The notes under the pieces are model-generated. The model had not been told where the DNA came from and searched no databases. It saw only the letters and a list, made by a program, of their open reading frames with translations. A stretch of 48,071 bases of DNA, from positions 1 through 48,071 of the forward strand of contig JBKJLC010000197.1 of the NCBI GenBank assembly GCA_046597055.1, in the 5' to 3' direction. A program made the translations under genes and the position numbers. Below are positions 1 through 8,222 of this stretch, piece by piece (the stretch's first letter is position 1; each line of letters begins with the position of its first letter). Source of the stretch: Kofleriaceae bacterium. Lineage in GTDB: Bacteria > Myxococcota_A > Polyangia > Haliangiales > Haliangiaceae.

Positions 1-103
1 CGCCGGAGCGGCCGGTGTTCCTGATCAGCCGCCAGCCGGGTCCGGCCATCGACACCGGCGCCGCGGCCCCCACCCGACGGTAGAGCGGGCTACGCTCGAC
101 CGG

Positions 104-937
104 ATGCGCATCCACCATCTCGACTGCGGGACCATGTGTCCGGTCGCCGGACGCCTGATCGGAGGCGCCAGCCTGCTCGGCCGGGGCCACCTGGTCTGCC
201 ACTGCTTGCTGGTCGAGACCCCGCGCGACGGCCTGGTGTTGATCGACACCGGCTACGGCACCCGCGAGTGCATCGACCCCGCGCTGATGCCGCGCTCGTT
301 CCGGCTGCTGAGCGCGCCGCGGCTCGCGATCGAGGAGACCGCGGTCCACCGCATCCGCGCGCTGGGGCTGTCGCCCGATGATGTCCGCCACGTGGTGGTC
401 ACCCACCTCGACCTCGACCACGCCGGCGGCCTGCCCGACTTCCCGACCGCGACCGTCCACCTGCACCGCCGCGAGCTCGAGGCCGCGACCACGCTCGCGA
501 CCGTGCGGGAGCGCAGCCGCTACCTGCCACGCCAGTGGGCGCACGGCCCGCGCTGGAGCACCTACGACGAGTCGGGCGACACCTGGCTCGGGCTGCCGGC
601 GGTGCGCAAGCTCACCGGGATCCAGGCCGACATCGCGCTGGTCCCGCTGCACGGCCACACCCACGGCCACTCGGCGGTCGCGGTGAAGGACGGAAACCGC
701 TGGCTGCTGCACGCCGGCGACGCCTACTTCCATCACCGCGAGCTGGCCGAGCCGCTCGACGCGCCGCTCGGCCTGCGCGCGCTGCAGTCGGCGATGCAGG
801 TCGATCGCGCCCAGCGCCTGGCGTCGCAGGCGACCCTGCGCCAGCTCCACCGCGAGCGGCCCGAGGTCACGATCATCTCGGCGCACGACCCGGCCGAGCT
901 GGCGCGCGCGCAGTACCTCGCGCGCCTGGCCAGCTGA
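104..937 (+). CDS. MBL-fold metallo-hydrolase
   Basis: THLDLDHAGG (HxHxDH-like), HGHTHGH, LHAGDAY and SAHD motifs. Confidence 0.9.
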   Translation: MRIHHLDCGTMCPVAGRLIGGASLLGRGHLVCHCLLVETPRDGLVLIDTGYGTRECIDPALMPRSFRLLSAPRLAIEETAVHRIRALGLSPDDVRHVVVTHLDLDHAGGLPDFPTATVHLHRRELEAATTLATVRERSRYLPRQWAHGPRWSTYDESGDTWLGLPAVRKLTGIQADIALVPLHGHTHGHSAVAVKDGNRWLLHAGDAYFHHRELAEPLDAPLGLRALQSAMQVDRAQRLASQATLRQLHRERPEVTIISAHDPAELARAQYLARLAS

Positions 938-960
938 CGCGCAGCGGTCGTCGCGATCGA

Positions 961-1635
961 TCAGCGGATCGACGTGATCGTCAGCGCGCCGGCCACGAGC
1001 GGGAGCTGGGTCGGCCCGGTGAACGCGCTGCCCGAGCCGAGCGTGCCGACGCCGCTCGCCGGAACCGGGACGTTGGCGAACAGCACGAAGTGACCGGTGT
1101 CGTCGGCCACCCACGAGGTGTCCTCGACGCCATCGGACCCGAACGTGAGCGTGCCGCCGGTGAGCGTCAGCGGGATGCCGGTCCCGTTCTTCTGGACCAG
1201 GACGTGGGCCGCCGCCGGATCGAACGTGAGCCCGAGCTCGCCGTAGAATTCGGTCGAGCGCGCGGTCGACAGCCCGCGCGCGGCGAAGGTGGCGCCGGCG
1301 GTCGACAGCACCGCCGGATCGGCGACGAACCGGGCGTCGAGGTAGCCGGCCTTGGTCACGGTCAGGGTCACGGTGCGGCCGGGCACCGCGAGCATGACCC
1401 GGCCGTTGGGCGCGAGCGTGGTGGTCCGGTTCGGCTCGCCGACCACGGTCCAGGTCGCGCCCGCCACGCCGCGCATCTGGGTGGTGGAGATCGCATCCCA
1501 GTCGATGTACTCGCCGAGCAGCTGGTAGTCGGGCCCGTCGCCGGCCGCATCGATCATCGCGTCGGGATTGACCGGCGCATCGTCCGAGCACCCGAGGGCG
1601 CTCGTCGCGAGCACGGCCAGCATGAGCAGCTTCAT
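961..1635 (-). CDS. hypothetical lipoprotein, beta-rich
   Basis: N-terminal MKLLMLAVLATSALGC lipobox; GC-rich codon usage typical of the real genes here. Confidence 0.7.
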   Translation of the reverse strand: MKLLMLAVLATSALGCSDDAPVNPDAMIDAAGDGPDYQLLGEYIDWDAISTTQMRGVAGATWTVVGEPNRTTTLAPNGRVMLAVPGRTVTLTVTKAGYLDARFVADPAVLSTAGATFAARGLSTARSTEFYGELGLTFDPAAAHVLVQKNGTGIPLTLTGGTLTFGSDGVEDTSWVADDTGHFVLFANVPVPASGVGTLGSGSAFTGPTQLPLVAGALTITSIR

Positions 1636-1726
1636 GGCGGGCAGGCTAGCGCGCCCGCGCCCGGGCCGCGAGCGACCGGCATCACGGTCGCGCGCGTGCC
1701 ACCGCGGCGCGCAGCGCGGGTGCGGC

Positions 1727-3013
1727 TCAGGTGCGCAGCTCGGCCGCGAGATCGAGGAACGTGTAGCGATTGCGGATCGCGCGGGCGTGCTGCACCGCGC
1801 GATCGAAGAACCACGGCGGACAGCCCAGCGCTGCCGGTCCGGTCGGGGCCCCGGCGGCGGCCAGCGCCGCCTCGAGGCGCGCGGGTGCGAGGCTCACCGC
1901 GCCGATCCGGGTCCGGATCGCGTCCCAGTCGCGCGCGAGCCGGGCGTTGAGCCGATCGGCGCCGTCCTGATCGAGCCGCTTGGGCGCGAGCTCGCTCCAG
2001 CACGCCGCGCCGAGGTCGGGACCAAACTCGGCGAGCACGCCCGCGTGGCTGATCGTCGACGGACCGACCACCGGCGGCCGCGCGCGCGCCAGCAGCCCGG
2101 CCTGCAGGCGCGCCATCGTGAGGGTGGCGACGCCGATCTGCTCGCCGTGCAGCGCGTCCGGAACCCCGGCCGGTCGCATCATGTCGAGGTAGTGGCTGAT
2201 GAGGTGCTCGCCCTGGCTCGCCGGGTAGCTGCCGCCGCAGATCGACATGCCGAACCCGGACAGGATCAGCGTGCGGGCGAGCGCGGTCACCGCCTCGAGG
2301 TCGCCCGCCACCAGCGCGGCGGTCCCCGCCAGCAGCGCCGGCTCGTCGCCGGCGAGCAGCGCGAACGGGGCCTCGCGGTAGGGCTGGTCGAGCAGGAGGT
2401 GCGCGAGCAGCCAGTCGGCCTGCGCGGTCGAGCGGCACAGGCTGTCGCCCAGGCCCGACCGGATCAAGCGGACCGGGGCCGCGGCCAGGACCCGCACGTC
2501 GAGGAACACGCCGATCGGTGGCGGCGCCCGCAGCGACCGCTTGAGCCCGCCGACCATCAGCGACGCGTAGCCCGAGGCGTAGCCGTTCATCGACGGCGCG
2601 GTGCCGAACACCACGTGGGCGCAGCCGCGGCGCAACCCGGCCAGCTTGCACAGATCGTTGAGCGTGCCCGCGCCGACCGTCACGATCGCGTCGAGGCCGG
2701 GCTCGAGCACGGCGATCAGGCGCTCGAGCGTGGCCTCGTCGGCGTGGGGATGACGATCGAGCCGGACCGCCTGGATCTGGTAGCGCGAGGCGAGCGCGCG
2801 CGTGACCCGGTCGCCGAGCGCGATCGCAGTGTCGCCATCGCAGACCACGGCCAGCCGCGGGCCGAGCCCCAGGCCCGCGACCAGCTCGACCTCGCGACCG
2901 TCGAGGTCGTCGTCGATCGCGACCGCGCGCACGGTGGTGCCCAGGGGCGCGCCGGTCTCCGGATCTGGATACTGGCCGGCGAGCAGCCGCTCGATCGCCT
3001 CACCGGCAGGCAT
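1727..3013 (-). CDS. sn-glycerol-1-phosphate dehydrogenase family (EgsA/AraM-like, dehydroquinate-synthase/iron-ADH superfamily)
   Basis: GAGTLNDLCK, GTAPSMNGYAS, SGLGD, SQGEHLISHY and HGEQIGV motifs; start moved to ATG at 3013 (MPAGEAIE), overlapping the upstream stop by 14 nt. Confidence 0.85.
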   Translation of the reverse strand: MPAGEAIERLLAGQYPDPETGAPLGTTVRAVAIDDDLDGREVELVAGLGLGPRLAVVCDGDTAIALGDRVTRALASRYQIQAVRLDRHPHADEATLERLIAVLEPGLDAIVTVGAGTLNDLCKLAGLRRGCAHVVFGTAPSMNGYASGYASLMVGGLKRSLRAPPPIGVFLDVRVLAAAPVRLIRSGLGDSLCRSTAQADWLLAHLLLDQPYREAPFALLAGDEPALLAGTAALVAGDLEAVTALARTLILSGFGMSICGGSYPASQGEHLISHYLDMMRPAGVPDALHGEQIGVATLTMARLQAGLLARARPPVVGPSTISHAGVLAEFGPDLGAACWSELAPKRLDQDGADRLNARLARDWDAIRTRIGAVSLAPARLEAALAAAGAPTGPAALGCPPWFFDRAVQHARAIRNRYTFLDLAAELRT

Positions 3014-3665
3014 CGACGATGTCGCGCAGCTGTGAGCGCAGCGACCCCTTGAGCGGCGAGAACGAGCCGTCGAACGCGGCCGAGCCGATCGTGAACGCAT
3101 CGGCGCCGGCCTCGGCCAGGTCGCGGATCTGATCGACCCGCGCGACGCTGCCGGCGACCAGCAGCAGCCCGTCGGTGCCCCGGCGCGCCGCCCGCACCAG
3201 CTCGAGCGGATCGGCCTCGGTCGCGCGGTAGGCGAGGAGATCGACGCCGGCGCAGCCCAGCGCCCGCGCGCGCCGGCAGTCGGCCTCGACGTCGGCGGGT
3301 GAGCCACCCAGGCGGGTCGGGTGCCCCGACGGCCGGCCCGGGAACGGGCAGTACTTCACCTCGCTGCCCTCGAGGATCGCGAGCACCTCCGCGATCTGGG
3401 TGCCGCCGAGCAGCCAGTCGACCCCGATCTCCCGCCCCACCCGCGCCGACCGCAGGCACGCCTCCGGGCTGGTGCTGACGACCTCCAGGTAACTCTGGGC
3501 ACCCGACGCGCGGATCCTCCTGGTGAGCTCGGCCAGCACCGCGGGCTCCACCCCGACGTCCTTGAAGCCGACGTGGCGGAGCTCGACCGAGGCGATGTCG
3601 TCGAGCACCTCGATCGCGTCGGAGACGGTCTGATCCGACCGCGTCAGCATGAAGACGAAGTCCAT
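3000..3665 (-). CDS. TIM-barrel protein (ribulose-phosphate-binding-barrel-like), function unknown
   Basis: Starts MDFVFMLTR..VGFKDVG; C-terminal LLVAGSV...AGADAFTIGSAAF phosphate-binding signature. Confidence 0.7.
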   Translation of the reverse strand: MDFVFMLTRSDQTVSDAIEVLDDIASVELRHVGFKDVGVEPAVLAELTRRIRASGAQSYLEVVSTSPEACLRSARVGREIGVDWLLGGTQIAEVLAILEGSEVKYCPFPGRPSGHPTRLGGSPADVEADCRRARALGCAGVDLLAYRATEADPLELVRAARRGTDGLLLVAGSVARVDQIRDLAEAGADAFTIGSAAFDGSFSPLKGSLRSQLRDIVDACR

Positions 3666-3685
3666 GGATCCAGTGTTCACGGCTG

Positions 3686-3726
3686 CCGCGCGGGCGCAAT
3701 CCCCCGCGCGGGCGCAATCCCCCGCG
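3686..3726. repeat. 18-bp perfect tandem repeat (CCGCGCGGGCGCAATCCC x2 plus partial third copy)
   Basis: Copies at 3686-3703 and 3704-3721, read directly. Confidence 0.9.
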
Positions 3727-3741
3727 TGTGCCGGCCGCCGA

Positions 3742-4680
3742 TCACGGCCTGGCCGCGACCGCCGCCGCGCCGGGCAGGCTGAGCTCGGCCAGCGCGTCCT
3801 GGAACCGGATCCGGGCCAGCATCAGGCGGTCCTGGGCGTCGACCACTGCCAGGGTGGTGGCCTGGATCCGGTCGCTGGTGGCGCGCGCCTTGTCGGCGAG
3901 GTTGCGCGCCAGCGCCGCCGCGCTCCTGAGCTTGCGCAGGCCGTGCAGCTGCGCGGTCAGCTCGGCCGCGCGCACCCGGTACTCGGCGAGGTGGTCGCGT
4001 CGGGGCCGGATGATCTCGGCGGTGTCGATCAGGTCGCGGTGGATCGCGAGCAGCGCGGTCAGCTGCCGCTTGAGCGCCGCCGACGGACGCGCGCTGTCGA
4101 CAAAGACCTGCATCATCGCCAGCGTGGCGTCGGCGCCGAGCTCGAGCGTGCGGGTCAGGGGCGTCGCCTCGGCCAGCTCGATCGTGCGGGTCTCGCCGGC
4201 GCCGAGCGCGACCTCGAACAGGCGGGCCTCGCCCAACCGCTCGCTCGGCAGCTCGCTGGCGAGCAGCGCCCAGCCCGGCGCCACGGTGGGGCGGATATAG
4301 ACCCGGCCCGGCACCCGCAGCCGGCTGGTGAGGGTCAGCCGGGTCCGGCGGACGTGCTGGACCTCGGCGGTCAGCACCCCGCGCTGGAGCGTGATCAGCC
4401 GCGACAGCTCGTCGCCGGTCTCGCCGGCGCGCTCGACCACCACCTGGCGATCGAGCGCGAACGGCACCACCACCGCCGCCCGCGGTGGGATGGCGTCGGT
4501 GAGCCCCTCGCCGATATAGCGGCCCTTGCCGTAGACGGTCACCGGCCCGGCCTCGAGCGTCGAGTCGGTCGGGTTGACGAGGCGCACCGCCTTGAACGCG
4601 AACCGCGCGTTACCGCGGCTGCTCTCGGCGTCGTACAGGTAGACCTGCTCGCCCGCCCGATCCTCGAATCTTCTGCGCAT
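3742..4680 (-). CDS. N-terminally truncated paralog of the DUF4139-type protein at 8223-10502 (possible pseudogene)
   Basis: GEQVYLYDAESSRGNARFAFKAVRL...LITLQRGVLTAEVQH aligns to the C-terminal ~300 aa of 8223-10502; AGGAGG lies just upstream of the ATG. Confidence 0.75.
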   Translation of the reverse strand: MRRRFEDRAGEQVYLYDAESSRGNARFAFKAVRLVNPTDSTLEAGPVTVYGKGRYIGEGLTDAIPPRAAVVVPFALDRQVVVERAGETGDELSRLITLQRGVLTAEVQHVRRTRLTLTSRLRVPGRVYIRPTVAPGWALLASELPSERLGEARLFEVALGAGETRTIELAEATPLTRTLELGADATLAMMQVFVDSARPSAALKRQLTALLAIHRDLIDTAEIIRPRRDHLAEYRVRAAELTAQLHGLRKLRSAAALARNLADKARATSDRIQATTLAVVDAQDRLMLARIRFQDALAELSLPGAAAVAARP

Positions 4681-4794
4681 GAAGCCCTCCTGCCGGCTGT
4701 CCCCGCAGCGCCGTGGCCAACGCGTTGGGTCCCTGGCTCACCGCTACCGGCCGGGTGCGGCCCCGGCGTGACGTCGCGGGTCGCAGGGACCGTA

Positions 4795-4833
4795 GTTTGC
4801 CGACCCGGCCGCCCCCGACCCGTGATACGCGCG
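4795..4833 (+). promoter_or_regulatory. putative promoter shared by both lipoprotein paralogs (TTGCCG-N20-TGATACGCGCG)
   Basis: Same motifs and the same 20-nt spacing recur at 6525-6561. Confidence 0.6.
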
Positions 4834-4837
4834 CGTC

Positions 4838-6481
4838 ATGCAGCGCTCTGCCCTCCCTCGCGCCGCCGCGCTCGCGCTGGCCGCCCTCGCCCTGACCGCC
4901 GGCTGCCGCACGCATCCGGGCCCGGGCGGCGCCGCCGTGGTCCACAACCAGCCGGCGCTCGCGACGGGCTTCGGCGACGCGCCGCTGCTCGCGAACGTTC
5001 CAGCCGAGACACCGTACGTGTTCGCGTCGTTCCAGGCGCTGCCGCCCGGCATCTGGAACCGTCTGCTCGGGATGTACGCGCCCTTGGTTCGCAGCCTGAC
5101 GCAGCAGGCCGCGCAGAACGAGGGCGCGCAGGAGTTCCGCGCGTTCATGAACGCGCTCGCCGCCGAGCTGCCCTCGTACGACCAGGCGGGCCTCGACCGC
5201 GTGGGCATCGCGCCCGCCGGTCGCTTCGTCATCTACGGCCATGGTGCCTATCCGATCCTCCGGCTCGAGCTGAGCGACGGCGACCGGCTGCTTGCTGCGG
5301 TCACGCGGGTCGCCCAGCGCATCGGCCAGCCGGTCCCCGCTCCGCAGCAGGCCGGCGATCGCCGCTACTGGACCATCCCCGCGGTCGACGCCGGGCTCAC
5401 CGTGGTCGTCGCGATCGCGCCGCGCGAGCTGATCGTGGCCGCCGTGCCGCCCGCGGTGTTGGCCCGGGACCAGGCGCTCGTGCTGGGACTGAAGCGCCCG
5501 GCCCGGTCGCTGGATCCGCAGGTCCTCCGCGAGGTAGCGCGCCGTGGCGGGTATGCACCGTATGGCGTCGGCTTCGCCGACCTCCGCCACGTCACCTCGG
5601 CGCTGACGGCCGCGACCGGCACGGTGGTGCCGGCGGCCTGCGGCCGCACCATCGATGCGATCCACACCCGGATTCCTCGGGTCACGGCGGGCTATGGCGA
5701 CTTCACCGACAACCAGCTGGCGCTCGGATATCGCCTCGAGCTCGCGCCCGATCTCGCGACCGACGTCCAGGCCCTCGCCACCCGGATCGTCGTCGCCCCG
5801 CCGCTCCCTGGACGTCCGGCCCTGATGCACCTGACCGCCGCGGCCGATCTCACGCGCGCCCGCGCGCTCGCCAGCCGCGGCGCCGACGTGCTGACCGTGA
5901 TCGGGACCGCATGCGGCGTGCCCAGCGTCGTCGAGGCCGGCCGCGGGCTCGCCGACGCTGCGGCCAAGCCGCTGCCCCCCGAGTGGTCGACCGTGCGCGG
6001 CGGATCGGCAGCGCTGTACGGGCTCGAACTTGGGAGCAACGGCGCCCAGGTCCAGGTCGACGCCTCGGGCGTCCTCACGTTCGGCGATACCGCGGGGCTG
6101 GTCCCCTCCATCCAGGCCGTTGCTCGCGATGCGCGTGCCGATGGCCAGGTCCGGGTCGGCCCTCCACTACCGTTCACGACCACCATCCACTACGCGATCA
6201 CCGGGACGGCGGTGGCGGTGGGCGTCGGCAAGGGCAGCCGCGAAGCGGTCGCGACCGCCATCGCGGCCCGCGCCACCCCGGCGCCGCTCTTCTCGATCTC
6301 CTACGACATGCGGGGGTTGATGGCGATGATGGCGCCCGGCCTCGCGCAGATGCCGCCCGCCGAGCGTCAGATGATGCAGGCGATCTACTCGTCGTTCGGG
6401 GACATCGGCATGGACCTGACCGCGGACGCGGACGGCGTCGCGATCTGGACCCGGATGGAGCTCCTCGCCCCTCAGCCGTGA
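4838..6481 (+). CDS. hypothetical lipoprotein (paralog 1)
   Basis: LALTAGC lipobox; colinear similarity to 6565-8205 (GFGDAPLLA, GGYAPYGVGFAD). Confidence 0.8.
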   Translation: MQRSALPRAAALALAALALTAGCRTHPGPGGAAVVHNQPALATGFGDAPLLANVPAETPYVFASFQALPPGIWNRLLGMYAPLVRSLTQQAAQNEGAQEFRAFMNALAAELPSYDQAGLDRVGIAPAGRFVIYGHGAYPILRLELSDGDRLLAAVTRVAQRIGQPVPAPQQAGDRRYWTIPAVDAGLTVVVAIAPRELIVAAVPPAVLARDQALVLGLKRPARSLDPQVLREVARRGGYAPYGVGFADLRHVTSALTAATGTVVPAACGRTIDAIHTRIPRVTAGYGDFTDNQLALGYRLELAPDLATDVQALATRIVVAPPLPGRPALMHLTAAADLTRARALASRGADVLTVIGTACGVPSVVEAGRGLADAAAKPLPPEWSTVRGGSAALYGLELGSNGAQVQVDASGVLTFGDTAGLVPSIQAVARDARADGQVRVGPPLPFTTTIHYAITGTAVAVGVGKGSREAVATAIAARATPAPLFSISYDMRGLMAMMAPGLAQMPPAERQMMQAIYSSFGDIGMDLTADADGVAIWTRMELLAPQP

Positions 6482-6522
6482 ACGGTCGCCGGCGCTGACC
6501 GACCGGCCGCCACCGTGCACGA

Positions 6523-6561
6523 GTTTGCCGGACCGCGGTCACCTGCCGCATGATACGCGCG
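6523..6561 (+). promoter_or_regulatory. putative promoter, second copy
   Basis: TTGCCG at 6525-6530 and TGATACGCGCG at 6551-6561. Confidence 0.6.
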
Positions 6562-6564
6562 GCC

Positions 6565-8205
6565 ATGCTCCGCATCGTCCCCGCGCGCCGCGCCGCCGCG
6601 GCTCTGCTGATGGCACTGGTCCTGGTCGTCGGCTGCGGCGAGAAGGCCCGCAACCATCCCGCGCTGGCGCCCGGCTTTGGCGACGCGCCGCTACTCGCTC
6701 ACGTCCCGGCCGACACCGCGTACGTGTTCGCCTCGTTCGAGGCGCTGCCGCCGGAGGTGTGGCAGGACTTGCTGGCCATCTACGGGCCGCCGATCCAAGC
6801 GATGTCCGCGATGGCCGCCAAGGACGCGGGCCCCGGGAACGAGGCCGCCGCGCGAATGGCGGCGGCCTTCGACGCCCTGCCGTCGTTCGACCGCGCTGGT
6901 CTCGAGAAGATCGGCATCGCTCCCGAAGGCCGGTTCGTGCTGTACGGCCTCGGCGCGTACCCCGTGCTCCGCATCGAGCTGACCGACGGCGAGCGGCTCC
7001 GTGCCGCCGTTGCGCGCGTCTCCGCTGGGCTGGGCACCAAGGTGCCGCCGCCGACCCAGGAAGGTTCGATCACCTACTGGACGTTCGACCAGCCCGATAG
7101 CCCGGTCGCGGTGATCGCCGCCATCGCCCCTCGCGAGCTGGTCTTCGCCGCGCTGCCGTCCGCCGCGTTCACCCGCCAGCGGGCGCTCGTGCTCGGCCTG
7201 GAGCGGCCCGCCCGGGCTCTCGATCCGCAGGTCCTGCGCGACGTCGCTCACCGCGGCGGTTATGCACCGTACGGGGTCGGCTTCGCCGACGTCGCCCGCA
7301 TCCATGCGCTGGCCGTGAACGCGACCGGCGCTGTGCTGGCGCCGGCGTGCAAGCAGACCATCGACGCGACGACGGCCCGAGCGCCGCGGCTCACCTTCGG
7401 CTACGGGCCGTTCGCCAACGCCACGCTCGCGTTCGCGTATCGCTTCGAGCTCGCGTCCGACCTGGCCCGGGACGTCCAGGCACTCGCCACCAAGGTCGTC
7501 GCGATCGAGCCCCCGGTGGGCCGAACGCCCCTCTTCCACGTCACCGCGGCCGCCGACCTCGACCGCGCCCGGGCGCTGGCGACCCGTGCGAGTGGCGCCT
7601 TCACCGAGATCGGATCGGCCTGCGCCATCGCATTGGCGACCGAGGTCGGCCGCGGCCTGGCCGAGCTCGCCGCGGCCAAGATGCCCTCCGGTTGGGCCAC
7701 GCTGCGCGGTGGGTCGATGAGCGTGTACCGGATCGAGCTCGGCCCGGACGGCGAGCCCAGCAAGGTCGAGGGCGCGGGCGTCATCACCCTGGGCGACACC
7801 AGCCAGCTCGTCGCCGTCATGAAGGCCGATCCGGCGACGCGTGACGCCGCCGCCGACGGCAAGGTGCGCCCGCTGCCCGCCTTTCCATTCTCGCCCCGCA
7901 ACTACCTCGGGATCACCCGGACCACGATCGCCGCTGGCATGGGCGACGGCACCGACCGGATCGTCACGGCCGGGTTGGCCGCCCGGCCGAAGCCGGCCCC
8001 GCTCGTCCACATCGCCTACGACATGGGTGGCCTGCTGGCGCTCCTGCCCCAGGCGTTCGCCGACGAGCCGCCGGCCATGCAGGAGCTCATGAGGGGCCTC
8101 TTCGCGGGATTCGGCGGGTTCAGCATGGAGCTGTCCGCCGATGCCCACGGCGTCGCCGTCTGGAACCGGGTGGAGCTACGTCCGCAGCCACCGCCCCGGC
8201 CGTGA
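6565..8205 (+). CDS. hypothetical lipoprotein (paralog 2)
   Basis: VLVVGC lipobox; paralogous to 4838-6481; start set to ATG 6565 by analogy with paralog 1. Confidence 0.8.
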   Translation: MLRIVPARRAAAALLMALVLVVGCGEKARNHPALAPGFGDAPLLAHVPADTAYVFASFEALPPEVWQDLLAIYGPPIQAMSAMAAKDAGPGNEAAARMAAAFDALPSFDRAGLEKIGIAPEGRFVLYGLGAYPVLRIELTDGERLRAAVARVSAGLGTKVPPPTQEGSITYWTFDQPDSPVAVIAAIAPRELVFAALPSAAFTRQRALVLGLERPARALDPQVLRDVAHRGGYAPYGVGFADVARIHALAVNATGAVLAPACKQTIDATTARAPRLTFGYGPFANATLAFAYRFELASDLARDVQALATKVVAIEPPVGRTPLFHVTAAADLDRARALATRASGAFTEIGSACAIALATEVGRGLAELAAAKMPSGWATLRGGSMSVYRIELGPDGEPSKVEGAGVITLGDTSQLVAVMKADPATRDAAADGKVRPLPAFPFSPRNYLGITRTTIAAGMGDGTDRIVTAGLAARPKPAPLVHIAYDMGGLLALLPQAFADEPPAMQELMRGLFAGFGGFSMELSADAHGVAVWNRVELRPQPPPRP

Positions 8206-8222
8206 CCGCCTGGTAGCGCCGG

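Noticed and set aside
3000..3665. Calling the TIM barrel a GGGP synthase/PcrB or PdxA
   Set aside because: Diagnostic motifs of those families were not recognised; only the generic phosphate-binding barrel signature is visible
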